Shown piece after piece: positions 1 to 9,184 of a stretch of 34,957 bases of DNA. Numbering within the stretch: position 1 is the first letter of the stretch; each line of letters begins with the position of its first letter. The stretch is from assembly GCA_964599255.1 (NCBI GenBank), contig CAZRFT010000229.1:1-34957 (forward strand). Direction: 5' to 3'. The notes under the pieces were generated by a model. The model saw nothing but the letters and a program-made list of their open reading frames with translations, ran no database searches and had not been told where the DNA came from. The position numbers and the translations under genes were made by a program. Source of the stretch: an uncultured Neptunicoccus sp. (GTDB taxonomy: Bacteria > Pseudomonadota > Alphaproteobacteria > Rhodobacterales > Rhodobacteraceae).

Positions 1-19
1 AAAGAATACGCAAAACGTC

Positions 20-48
20 TGGCACAGCGCGTGCGTTTTGGCTAGATC
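20..48 (+). promoter_or_regulatory. Putative promoter of manC operon
   Basis: TGGCAC(20-25)-N17-TAGATC, where GCTAGATC (41-48) fits the alphaproteobacterial -10 GCTANAWC. The same bases also read as sigma54-like TGGCAC-N5-GTGC. SD AAGGA at 56-60. Confidence 0.35.
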
Positions 49-69
49 AGATCAAAAGGAAGATCAAAA

Positions 70-1488
70 ATGGCAATAACGCCCGTCATACTATGCGGTG
101 GATCTGGCACACGGCTTTGGCCGCTGTCGCGAAAAAGCTATCCTAAGCAATTTGCCAAATTGATTGGTGAGGAAAGTCTCTTCCAACAATCGGCCTTGCG
201 CGTTCACGGAGAGGCGTTTGATCGTCCTGTTATTCTTACAAATTCCGATTTTCGCTTTATTGTCGCCGAACAATTAACCGAGATTGGAGTTGATCCGAAA
301 TCTGTCTTGATCGAGCCAGAGGGGCGCAACACGGCACCAGCCATTTTGGCAGCAGCACTTCATTTAATGGATGGTGATCCCGAGGCAATGATGTTGGTTT
401 TGCCGTCAGATCATGTTGTTCCTGATCGAATTGGCTTCATGGAAACCGTTATGGCGGGTCTGACAGCTGCACAAGCAGGGGATTTGGTGACTTTTGGCAT
501 TTCACCTGACCGGGCTGAAACTGGCTATGGGTATTTGGAGCTAGGCTCGGAACCAAAAGGTGCTACGCCAGTAAAGCTGAAGCGATTTGTCGAGAAACCC
601 AATCTGAAAACCGCAAAAGAAATGCTGGCCGCCGGAAACTATCTTTGGAACGCAGGCATATTTTTATTTCGCGCGAAGGATTTTGTTGATGCCGTGGAGG
701 AGCATTGCGCTGAATTGATGGCGCCAGTTCAAAAATCGGTAAAAGAAGCAACGCCAGATTTGGGGTTCCTACGCCTCGCACCAGAACCTTGGGCGGAAGC
801 GAAAGATGTTTCGATTGATTATGCCGTGATGGAACCCGCTAAGAACATCTCTTCAGTTCCCTTTTCTGGCGCGTGGTCGGATTTGGGGGATTGGAATGCT
901 GTTTGGCGTGAATCTCAGGGAGATGAAGGGGGCTTAGTAACAGCTGGTTTGGCGCAGGGAATTCGCTGTTCAGATTCCTTGTTACGGTCTGAATCCAACA
1001 AACAAGAAATTATCGGCATTGGCCTGGACAATATCGTAGCGGTTGCCATGCCCGATGCCGTATTGGTCGTCGATAAGTCGAGCGCTCAAGACGTGAAAGA
1101 AGCGGTCAAACTGCTGAAAGAAAAATCCGCGTTGCAAGCTGAACAATTTCCCAAAGATCACCGACCCTGGGGAAGTTTTGAAAGCCTATATTTAGCGGAC
1201 AAATTTCAAGTAAAGCGCATTGTTGTGAAACCAGGTGGAATTTTGTCCTTACAATCCCATCACCATCGATCCGAGCATTGGATCGTTGTGGAGGGGACAG
1301 CGCGCGTGACGATTGGGGATGACGTAAAATTGGTGAGTGAAAACCAATCCGTCTACATTCCTGTCGGGGAAAAGCACCGCATGGAAAACCCCGGGAAAGT
1401 GCCGATGGTTTTGATCGAGGTGCAAACGGGAAGCTATTTTGGTGAAGATGACATCATTCGGTATGAAGATGTCTATTCGCGCGGATAA
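70..1488 (+). CDS. manC: Mannose-1-phosphate guanylyltransferase / mannose-6-phosphate isomerase (bifunctional)
   Basis: N-terminal ILCGGSGTRLWPLSR..PKQF; FVEKP; WSDLGDW; C-terminal cupin RPWG..SLQSHHHRSEHW..EVQTGSY. Confidence 0.96.
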   Translation: MAITPVILCGGSGTRLWPLSRKSYPKQFAKLIGEESLFQQSALRVHGEAFDRPVILTNSDFRFIVAEQLTEIGVDPKSVLIEPEGRNTAPAILAAALHLMDGDPEAMMLVLPSDHVVPDRIGFMETVMAGLTAAQAGDLVTFGISPDRAETGYGYLELGSEPKGATPVKLKRFVEKPNLKTAKEMLAAGNYLWNAGIFLFRAKDFVDAVEEHCAELMAPVQKSVKEATPDLGFLRLAPEPWAEAKDVSIDYAVMEPAKNISSVPFSGAWSDLGDWNAVWRESQGDEGGLVTAGLAQGIRCSDSLLRSESNKQEIIGIGLDNIVAVAMPDAVLVVDKSSAQDVKEAVKLLKEKSALQAEQFPKDHRPWGSFESLYLADKFQVKRIVVKPGGILSLQSHHHRSEHWIVVEGTARVTIGDDVKLVSENQSVYIPVGEKHRMENPGKVPMVLIEVQTGSYFGEDDIIRYEDVYSRG

Positions 1489-1490
1489 AC

Positions 1491-2537
1491 ATGTCGGCAC
1501 CAGAACTTTATATCACGAATTTCAATAAAAATTTCACTGGCGTATCCGCAACCGCTGCAGCAGTCGCGCGCGAACAGATGAAATCGATGAATTTGAGAAT
1601 GGTGGGTCATCAGCTTCCGGGTTGCCCGCCGCCTATTTCAAAAAAAGAAGCTTTTCAGCTTTCTCGAGACGCCCCAGATGGTGCAAAGTATTCAATTTGG
1701 CACGTCCGCCGAAATCCAGAAATGCGCGCCGCTATTTGGGCGCGGGATGTTTTGCGTCGCCCAATTAAGATAGTTTTTACATCATCCGCACAACGTCTGC
1801 ATTCGGCGTATCCGCGTTGGCTGATTTCTAAAATGGATGCTGTAATTGCAACAACGGAAAAGGCTGCTGAATTTGTTCCAAATGTGAAAGCTGTTATTCC
1901 GCATGGTGTAGATACCAATCTTTTCAAACCTGCGGAAAACCGCGCCGAAGCTTGGAAAGCGCTTGGATTTGGGGGTGAATACGGGATCGTCACGGCTGGA
2001 CGTATACGACCAGAAAAAGGCACGGATCGCTTTGTGGAAGCGATGATAAAATATCTCCCGCACCACCCGACGTGCCATGCTTTGATCGTTGGCAAGGCAA
2101 CGCGCGAGCACCAGACTTTTTTAACTGAATTGAAATCAAAAATAAGCCAATCAAGCCTAACCGATCGATTTCATTTTACGGGTGAATGTTCACCACAGAG
2201 GATGGCTGAGCTGCTCCGCGCATGCTCGCTTCTCATTGCGCTTCCAAGATACGAGGGATACGGAGTAACGCCCCTTGAAGCTCTCGCTTCAGGAACACCC
2301 TTCATTGGAACAGATGTTGGCGGGTTTCGAGGTTTTAGTGACGATGGTAAGTTTGGCAAGATTATTGGTCGCTTGGACCCGACGGTGATCGCACGAGATT
2401 GGATGAGCACAATTTCTGACCTCAAAAATGAACATAGCGAAGCCATGAGAACCTTTGTTGAAACTCATTTTTCTTCGAGTAAGGAAGCTAGTGAGATAAA
2501 CGCGATCTATCGAGCTTTGCGAGATCAACGCGGATGA
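1491..2537 (+). CDS. lpcC: GT4 LPS core mannosyltransferase, LpcC/LpsB/WadC-like
   Basis: WHVRRNPEM, FTSSAQRLH..WLISKMDAVIAT, HGVD, GRIRPEKG and EGYGVTPLEA (EX7E) resemble rhizobial LpcC; directly follows manC. Confidence 0.78.
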   Translation: MSAPELYITNFNKNFTGVSATAAAVAREQMKSMNLRMVGHQLPGCPPPISKKEAFQLSRDAPDGAKYSIWHVRRNPEMRAAIWARDVLRRPIKIVFTSSAQRLHSAYPRWLISKMDAVIATTEKAAEFVPNVKAVIPHGVDTNLFKPAENRAEAWKALGFGGEYGIVTAGRIRPEKGTDRFVEAMIKYLPHHPTCHALIVGKATREHQTFLTELKSKISQSSLTDRFHFTGECSPQRMAELLRACSLLIALPRYEGYGVTPLEALASGTPFIGTDVGGFRGFSDDGKFGKIIGRLDPTVIARDWMSTISDLKNEHSEAMRTFVETHFSSSKEASEINAIYRALRDQRG

Positions 2538-3253
2538 AAATCAAATCCTATGTAATTCATCTTGAGCGCGCGAAAGAACGTCGTGAAGCGGTTGATGAGC
2601 TAGTAAAAAAGTTGCCCTATTCGCCGGTTATTTTCTCGGCTGTAGATGGTCGCGCATTCTCGGAATCAGATCGCGAAACCTATTTTTCGAATTGCCCCCT
2701 TTTTAAGCCTACCTATCCGTTTGAGATCAATAACTCAGAAATTGCGTGCTTCCTAAGTCATCGGCGTATTTGGCAGAAAATTGTGGACGAAGATCTGGAT
2801 GCAGCCCTTATTTGTGAGGACGATCTAAAGCTAGAGGAACAATTTCAGAAGGCTGCCGAATTCGCCGAAGCTCATATTAAAAAATACGGATATATTCAGT
2901 TTCAGGTGCGTAAGCTCTCTGGACTAAAAATATTAGAATCCCAGCTCCCGCAAACAATTGCTTCACGCAAGGTGGTTCCGCTTAGAACTTCTTGCCAAAT
3001 GGTCTCACGCGAGATGGCCCTCCAACTTCTTGACGCGTCAAATAAAGTGGATCGACCAGTTGACGCGTTTGTACAATTACATTGGTTGTTTGGCTTTAAG
3101 CCTGTTCTCGTTGATCCGCCTGGCGTGAGCGACCTGACAAAAGCATTGGGACGAAGTCTAATTTCGAGTTCCAATAAACAAGGCATTTTCCAAAAAGTTC
3201 GGCGGGAATTCAAGCGATTGAAATATCGATTGGCTATCCATCTTATTTCCTAG
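2534..3253 (+). CDS. Glycosyltransferase family 25 (Lex2B/LgtB-like LOS beta-galactosyl/glucosyltransferase)
   Basis: VIHLERAKERR, FSAVDG, EIACFLSH, ICEDD motifs; ATGA overlap with the upstream gene. Confidence 0.88.
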   Translation: MKIKSYVIHLERAKERREAVDELVKKLPYSPVIFSAVDGRAFSESDRETYFSNCPLFKPTYPFEINNSEIACFLSHRRIWQKIVDEDLDAALICEDDLKLEEQFQKAAEFAEAHIKKYGYIQFQVRKLSGLKILESQLPQTIASRKVVPLRTSCQMVSREMALQLLDASNKVDRPVDAFVQLHWLFGFKPVLVDPPGVSDLTKALGRSLISSSNKQGIFQKVRREFKRLKYRLAIHLIS

Positions 3254-4361
3254 ATTCGATTTTTTTGATTTTTCGGTTTCTTCGGCTGATACGAATCTGT
3301 TCAAATTTTTTGTTTAGTTTAGCAAATCGTAATTCGGTATTTGGGTGTATGGAAATCAAAACGCGCCTTAACATCATCTCAATATAATTCCCTCTGGTAC
3401 CAGCTTCGGGCCAATGGGAACGTTCGGACCTTAAGACCAAATTATTTTTGGTCGAAAGCGGAATGTCAGGTGCTTTATTCACCAGATGATGTGATATTTC
3501 CGCAAATTTATTCATCAAATTAAACTTGGTGAAAATCAAACTTCGTCCATCCCGAATTGCCGGTAAATTTGCCTTCCAAGTATTGTTTTTAACAGCACTC
3601 ATCATTTGATTGATTGCGTCATCAACATTGTAAATGTTTATGTACTCAAAACAATTCGACGGCATATCTTCCTCTAGATTATCGCAGCCGAAGTAAAATG
3701 GATAGCTGTAACAAAGGAGGGGATCAGCCAATTTTTCGGTCCATGCGAAGGGGCCACCGCCATTCTCTAATGCGATATGATATTTGAAGGGCAAAATTGC
3801 GTCTTTTTTATCATGAACAGACTTTCGCCCGCGACCGAAAATTTCGAGCTTTTCAGGAATCTTATCTATGAGTTGCTCAATGAACTGATTTCTGTCGCGG
3901 TGATATTGAGTAAAAGATTTGTGGCTTGTGACGATTGAGATTTTGTCATCCAGCTTTTTGGGAATCGGCATTTTTTCGAAGTCGAAAATACTCTGACTGT
4001 TTTCCAAATTTCTGAAATCCATTCCAACAAATGGCATACTACAAGCACTATTTCGCCAATGTTCAGTGTTGAGTATTTGTGAGGTTGACGAAATGACCAA
4101 ACCAAATTGATTCAAATAACTTGATTTATATGGGTGGATCACGTCGGGCTCACCCGCAAAAAATGCGGTGCGCGATTTGGGTAATTTAGTTGGAACCGAA
4201 TAGGAAGCTCGTGTGTAAAGGATAAGAACATCGATATTTTCGGGAACTTCTAAGCCGAAAGAAAATTCGACGTCATCGACCACGTGAGAAAAATCTCGCG
4301 ATTGTTTGAGAAATAGAAATGACGGAATGTTTGTAAAAACATGAGTTCGAATGTTCTTCAT
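3243..4361 (-). CDS. Glycosyltransferase family 10-like (alpha-1,3/4-fucosyltransferase motif)
   Basis: FKYHIALENG..WTEKLADPL..YPFYFG matches the GT10 motif YKF.LAFEN..Y.TEK...A....PI..G; visibly AT-rich. Confidence 0.78.
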   Translation of the reverse strand: MKNIRTHVFTNIPSFLFLKQSRDFSHVVDDVEFSFGLEVPENIDVLILYTRASYSVPTKLPKSRTAFFAGEPDVIHPYKSSYLNQFGLVISSTSQILNTEHWRNSACSMPFVGMDFRNLENSQSIFDFEKMPIPKKLDDKISIVTSHKSFTQYHRDRNQFIEQLIDKIPEKLEIFGRGRKSVHDKKDAILPFKYHIALENGGGPFAWTEKLADPLLCYSYPFYFGCDNLEEDMPSNCFEYINIYNVDDAINQMMSAVKNNTWKANLPAIRDGRSLIFTKFNLMNKFAEISHHLVNKAPDIPLSTKNNLVLRSERSHWPEAGTRGNYIEMMLRRVLISIHPNTELRFAKLNKKFEQIRISRRNRKIKKIESRK

Positions 4362-4390
4362 TTCTGTCTCACGGAATTGGTCAAAGTTTG

Positions 4391-4424
4391 CTAGCCTATA
4401 GACGACCTTAGGGCTATAGGCTAG
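4391..4424. repeat. Perfect 11-bp inverted repeat with 12-nt spacer
   Basis: CTAGCCTATAG (4391-4401) acgaccttaggg CTATAGGCTAG (4414-4424), between the two divergent GT10 genes. Confidence 0.85.
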
Positions 4425-4703
4425 TCAACCAATCCAATTTGAACTGGAAATGAAAATGTTAGTGGCACAATCGCCTGCCGAACAAGGACTAGAGGGAGCC
4501 TATCTAACGGTATTTGCGTTTTACCAGGATTGTAGAAATGATGATTTTGCGCGCAATACTCATTTTTACTCAGGTGATCGAATCTACTCTGACGTTGCCC
4601 GTCAAAGATGTCTGCTACGTGAAACAATTTTTTTGAAACACAGGTGTGACCATCTTCCGACCGTCGGCATCAAGAACGTTTCATTTCAAAGGAAGAACTA
4701 GCA

Positions 4704-5588
4704 TTGGAAGCGCCGATCATTGCCTTCATGCCCTATATGGTTGGGCGCCGTTTTGATTTTTGGAACGTCTCGCTCGATGCTTTAGATTATCCACTTGGCC
4801 AGCCAACTGAACTACTAGGCAAATCTTTGAAGGTTCGAAATCTAAAGCCCAAAGATCACCTAATTGTTTATCCTAGCAAGTCCATTTTCTATGCACCCAA
4901 GTTTCTGTGTCGTGCAAACATTTCGGTGATGATCGTCGAACCGGACCTTGTTCACCAACGCTATTTGAATCTGGCTACAAAAAAATTTAGTCGCTTTTTT
5001 CGCGTGCTGTCAAAAAATCAAAAATTACTTTCAGAAATTCCCAACGGCAATCATTTTGTATTCGGTTCAAGTTTCATCGAGAATCCAGAGAAATTGATAA
5101 TCAAAAAATCTCAAGATTGTTCGCTAATCGCTTCATCAAAAAATGAGTTCATTGGTCACAAAATGCGCCATGAAATCGCGGGGATGATAAAGCAGGACAA
5201 TCTTCCAATAGATGTGATTGGTCGTGGCTACAAACCGTTTCAAAAAAAAGAGGATGGATTACTACCCTATAAGTATTCAGCCGTAATCGAAAATTGTCAG
5301 GAAGTTGGCTACTTTTCCGAAAAATTGATTGATTCTTTTTTATGCGAAACAGTTCCAATTTATTGGGGCGCGCAGGATATAACGAATTACTTCGATGAGG
5401 ATGGAATGCTGGTTTGCAATAGCAAAGAAGAGGTGGCGGAGGCTATGCGAAGGGTTGGTGAAATGAAGCTACACGAAAATTGTAGAGCGATAAAAGAAAA
5501 CAAAGCTCGAGCATTTTACTACGCAGATATCTCTGCTAGAGCGGCACAGATAATATCGGATGAATTAAACATTCAGGCAAAAAGATGA
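4704..5588 (+). CDS. Glycosyltransferase family 10-like (fucosyltransferase motif)
   Basis: [27 protein letters not shown]; TTG start after GGAAG (start uncertain, ATG at 4728 possible); ATGA overlap with gmd. Confidence 0.8.
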   Translation: MEAPIIAFMPYMVGRRFDFWNVSLDALDYPLGQPTELLGKSLKVRNLKPKDHLIVYPSKSIFYAPKFLCRANISVMIVEPDLVHQRYLNLATKKFSRFFRVLSKNQKLLSEIPNGNHFVFGSSFIENPEKLIIKKSQDCSLIASSKNEFIGHKMRHEIAGMIKQDNLPIDVIGRGYKPFQKKEDGLLPYKYSAVIENCQEVGYFSEKLIDSFLCETVPIYWGAQDITNYFDEDGMLVCNSKEEVAEAMRRVGEMKLHENCRAIKENKARAFYYADISARAAQIISDELNIQAKR

Positions 5589-6625
5589 AAAAAGCTCTTA
5601 TAACCGGCGTGACAGGCCAGGATGGCGCATATTTGGCGGAATTTCTACTCGAAAAGGGTTATGAAGTTCACGGGATCAAGCGTCGTACCTCTCTCTTCAA
5701 TACAGATCGAATTGATCATTTATTCGAAGGTGAGCCAGGGCGTGAGGGTAAATTCATTTTACATCACGGTGATATGACGGATTCCACGTCTTTGATGCAT
5801 ATCATGCAAGTTGTGCAGCCGGATGAGCTTTATAACCTTGCTGCCCAAAGCCATGTAGCGGTTTCTTTTGAAGAGCCGGAATATACCGCGAATTCTGATG
5901 CGCTTGGTGCATTACGGTTGCTTGAGGCCATTCGAATTTTGGGTTTAGAGAAGAAGACGAAATTCTATCAGGCCTCAACATCTGAGCTTTACGGTTTGGT
6001 CCAAGAAACACCTCAGAAGGAAACGACACCATTTTACCCGCGCTCCCCTTATGCAGTGGCCAAAATGTATGCCTATTGGATAACGGTCAATTACCGCGAG
6101 GCTTATGGGATTTATGCCTGTAATGGGATCCTTTTTAACCATGAAAGCCCAAAGCGAGGTGAGACCTTTGTGACGCGAAAAATTACGCGGGCCTTGGCTC
6201 GAATTAAATTGGGTATCGAAAAAGAGCTGAAGCTCGGCAATATGGACGCAAAGCGCGACTGGGGTCATGCGCGCGACTATGTCGAAATGCAATGGTTGAT
6301 GTTGCAGCAAGATGCGCCGGAAGATTTCGTAATCGCCACAGGTGTTCAATACAGCGTTCGTGATTTTGTGCTAGCAGCGGCTAAGGCGCTCGATATGGAA
6401 TTGACCTTCGAGGGTGAGGGTGAAAATGAGGTCGCGAAAGATAAAGATGGGAATATTGTTGTCTCCGTTGATCCAACTTATTTCCGTCCAACAGAGGTAG
6501 AAACTCTGTTAGGGGATGCCACTAAAGCGCATGAAAAGCTTGGTTGGTCACCCAAAATTTCTTTTGAAGAACTGGTAGAGGAAATGGCGGCGGCTGACCT
6601 TAACGATGCGATGCGCAACCACTAA
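5585..6625 (+). CDS. gmd: GDP-mannose 4,6-dehydratase
   Basis: [59 protein letters not shown]. Confidence 0.98.
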   Translation: MKKALITGVTGQDGAYLAEFLLEKGYEVHGIKRRTSLFNTDRIDHLFEGEPGREGKFILHHGDMTDSTSLMHIMQVVQPDELYNLAAQSHVAVSFEEPEYTANSDALGALRLLEAIRILGLEKKTKFYQASTSELYGLVQETPQKETTPFYPRSPYAVAKMYAYWITVNYREAYGIYACNGILFNHESPKRGETFVTRKITRALARIKLGIEKELKLGNMDAKRDWGHARDYVEMQWLMLQQDAPEDFVIATGVQYSVRDFVLAAAKALDMELTFEGEGENEVAKDKDGNIVVSVDPTYFRPTEVETLLGDATKAHEKLGWSPKISFEELVEEMAAADLNDAMRNH

Positions 6626-6637
6626 GGGTCTCGTAGG

Positions 6638-7564
6638 ATGGTACGGATCTTTGTTTCTGGTGGTGCGGGTTTGGTGGGTAGCTCAATTCTGAGCCATCCC
6701 ACAGCTCAGGAGCATGAAATACTTGCGCCCCGTTCGAGCGAATTGAATCTATTAGATCAGTCTTCAATAGACGCTTTTTTTAAAGAGAATAAACCGGACG
6801 TAATTATTCATGCAGCGGGTGTTGTCGGCGGCATTCAGGCCAATATGCGGGAGCCCGTCCGGTTTCTTGATGAAAATGCCGCACTTGGTCGCAATTTAAT
6901 AATGTCGGCTTTTAACTGTGGAATTCAGACATTTTTGAACATTGCATCCACTTGCATCTATCCTCGGTCGGCAGAAAATCCTCTGACAGAAGAAATGGTG
7001 TTAACAGGCGAATTGGAACCTACGAATGAAGGTTATGCTTTAGCCAAAATAATGGCTCTCCGTCTTTGCCAATACATACATCGCTCGAACGCAGAGCTAC
7101 AATATAAAACTCTCATTCCCTGCAATTTGTATGGACCGAATGACACATTCGATCCTGCGAGCTCACATTTGGTTCCGTCAATCATTCACAAACTGCATGA
7201 GGCAAAAACCCAAGCTGTGAATACCGTTGAAATTTGGGGTGATGGCTCCGCACGCCGCGAATTTATGTATGCGCCAGATTTGGCCGATGCAATTTGGCGC
7301 GCACTCGATGACATCGAAAATATCCCAGACCTGATGAACGTTGGTATTGGGGAAGATTATTCAATCAATGAATATTACAAAATCGCCGCAGACGTAATTG
7401 GTTGGCATGGCGAATTCACTCATGATCTTGATCGCCCTGTAGGCATGAAGCAGAAACTCTGCGATACATCCAAGCTTCGTGGGTGGGGATGGAGTGCGCC
7501 TACCGATATTCGAACGGGCATCGAATTGACGTATCAAGCCTATTTGGAGAAGGGTTCTACATGA
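6638..7564 (+). CDS. colC: GDP-L-fucose synthase family epimerase/reductase, probably GDP-L-colitose synthase (ColC/WbdJ type)
   Basis: GGAGLVG, AAGVVGGIQAN, STCIYP, EPTNEGYALAK, SHLVP. C-terminal DYSINEYY..FTHDLDRPVGM recalls ColC/WbdJ rather than Fcl. Coupled to colD by ATGA overlap. Confidence 0.72.
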   Translation: MVRIFVSGGAGLVGSSILSHPTAQEHEILAPRSSELNLLDQSSIDAFFKENKPDVIIHAAGVVGGIQANMREPVRFLDENAALGRNLIMSAFNCGIQTFLNIASTCIYPRSAENPLTEEMVLTGELEPTNEGYALAKIMALRLCQYIHRSNAELQYKTLIPCNLYGPNDTFDPASSHLVPSIIHKLHEAKTQAVNTVEIWGDGSARREFMYAPDLADAIWRALDDIENIPDLMNVGIGEDYSINEYYKIAADVIGWHGEFTHDLDRPVGMKQKLCDTSKLRGWGWSAPTDIRTGIELTYQAYLEKGST

Positions 7565-8727
7565 CATTCAAATTCCCACTGGCAACCTCGAGCTGGGATC
7601 AAGCAGAGCAAGATGCGATACAGCGTGTAATTGCTTCTGACATGTACTCCATGGGCTCACAGGTAAAAGCATTCGAAGAAGAGTTTGCAAAACATTTCGG
7701 GTCACAATTCGCAGTCATGGTTAATTCCGGCTCTTCCGCCAACTTGTTAATGACTGCTGCGCTATTTTATCGCTCAGACAAGACCTTGCGCTTAAGGGCT
7801 GGTGACGAGGTTATTGTTCCGGCCATCAGTTGGAGTACGACATACTATCCATTGCATCAATATGGTTTGCATCAAAAATTTGTAGATATTGATCCTGCAA
7901 CACTGAACTACGATTTAAACGCATTAAGAGCAGCGGTCACTGATAAGACCCGTGCAATAATGATTGTTAATCTGCTCGGGAATCCAAACGATTTCAGCGC
8001 GATAAAGAATATTGTTCAAGACAAAAACATCACCCTTCTTGAAGATAATTGTGAGTCGATGGGGGCGACTTTCAATAACAAACAAACTGGAACATTTGGA
8101 GCAGTAGGTAGTTTTTCTTGTTTTTTCTCGCACCACATATCCACGATGGAGGGCGGGGTTGTGTTGACCGATGATGAAGAATTGTATCACATTATGCTAT
8201 CACTTCGTGCCCACGGTTGGACGCGAAACCTACCGAATGAAAATTTGGTAACCGGCACAAAATCGGATGATCCTTTCGAAGAGTCGTTTCGTTTCGTTCT
8301 GCCTGGCTACAATTTAAGACCCTTGGAAATGTCTGGGGCGATAGGTCGCGAGCAGTTAAAGAAGTTGGATGAATTGATCGATGGCCGGAGATCGAACGCT
8401 GCTCTATTCCAGGATCAAATGTCCAATCATCCCGAAATCATGATCCAGCAGGAGATAGGGAATTCTAGCTGGTTTGGATTTTCTATGACTATTCGTCCTA
8501 GCTCGGACATGAAAAGGTCAGAATTGATATCGAAATTGAATGCGCTAGGCTTTGAAACTCGCCCCGTTGTCGCTGGAAATTTTGCAAAAAATGAAGTTGT
8601 TAAGTACTTTGACTATTCGATTAGCGGTGAATTGAAGGGTGCTGATTACATCGATGCGAACGGATTGTTTATTGGTAATCACCATTATCCGATTCCGGAG
8701 GCAATCGAAGCCTTGTCGAAACTGTAA
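7561..8727 (+). CDS. colD: GDP-4-keto-6-deoxy-D-mannose 3-dehydratase (PLP-dependent, DegT/DnrJ fold)
   Basis: Start moved to ATG 7561 (388 aa; SD GGAGAAGG). MVNSGSSANL, EDNCESMG and SCFFSHHISTMEGG, with His (8131-8133) in place of the Schiff-base Lys, the ColD hallmark. Confidence 0.88.
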   Translation: MTFKFPLATSSWDQAEQDAIQRVIASDMYSMGSQVKAFEEEFAKHFGSQFAVMVNSGSSANLLMTAALFYRSDKTLRLRAGDEVIVPAISWSTTYYPLHQYGLHQKFVDIDPATLNYDLNALRAAVTDKTRAIMIVNLLGNPNDFSAIKNIVQDKNITLLEDNCESMGATFNNKQTGTFGAVGSFSCFFSHHISTMEGGVVLTDDEELYHIMLSLRAHGWTRNLPNENLVTGTKSDDPFEESFRFVLPGYNLRPLEMSGAIGREQLKKLDELIDGRRSNAALFQDQMSNHPEIMIQQEIGNSSWFGFSMTIRPSSDMKRSELISKLNALGFETRPVVAGNFAKNEVVKYFDYSISGELKGADYIDANGLFIGNHHYPIPEAIEALSKL

Positions 8728-8746
8728 TCATAATCGATCCAATGTT

Positions 8747-9184
8747 CTAAGCTAAGCTTTGACGTAACTTTCGAATAAATCGAAGACCAAGCTTCATTTC
8801 TTGATTTTCAAAATTTGGAAGGATTTCGTCGAATACAGGCATGATTGCCAGAAATGCTTCATCACGCGCGCGGTCGCCGGCTAGGGATATCCCCACCATC
8901 TTTTTGCGGGCATCATCCCAATCTGGTCGGATGTGAATGTAACCTGCGGATTCAAGTTTAGAGAGGGTGTTCGTCATTGCGCCTTTGGTAAGATTAAATG
9001 TGCGCGCCAACTGGGCCGGACTCATCTCTCTGTTTTGAAGCGAAAGATAATTCAGCAACATGAAATGTGACAATTCCATTTCATAAGGAAGTGCCCGTGA
9101 TAGGCGTTGGCGCACTTTCTGTTCCGAGGCAAACAGTTCTGAGAATAACGCAATGACAATTGTATCTTCGGTGAGCTCTGACAT
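8747..9184 (-). CDS. MarR family transcriptional regulator
   Basis: 145 aa winged HTH: SPAQLA..LTKGAMTNTLSKLE..GYI..D.DARKK. Confidence 0.9.
   Translation of the reverse strand: MSELTEDTIVIALFSELFASEQKVRQRLSRALPYEMELSHFMLLNYLSLQNREMSPAQLARTFNLTKGAMTNTLSKLESAGYIHIRPDWDDARKKMVGISLAGDRARDEAFLAIMPVFDEILPNFENQEMKLGLRFIRKLRQSLA

Noticed and set aside
4450-4701. 83-aa ORF between the GT10 genes
   Set aside because: No recognisable motif and non-protein-like composition; lies where divergent promoters are expected. Cannot be fully excluded.
5242-5249. A8 tract (and A7 tracts at 4979-4985 and 1640-1646) as phase-variation switches
   Set aside because: Short poly-A runs in Lys codons are expected in AT-rich genes; frames are intact; no long poly-C/G or dinucleotide tracts as in Helicobacter fucosyltransferases
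7483-7560. N-terminal extension of the 414-aa ORF
   Set aside because: Overlaps colC; ATG 7561 has an SD, an ATGA overlap and gives a ColD-sized protein
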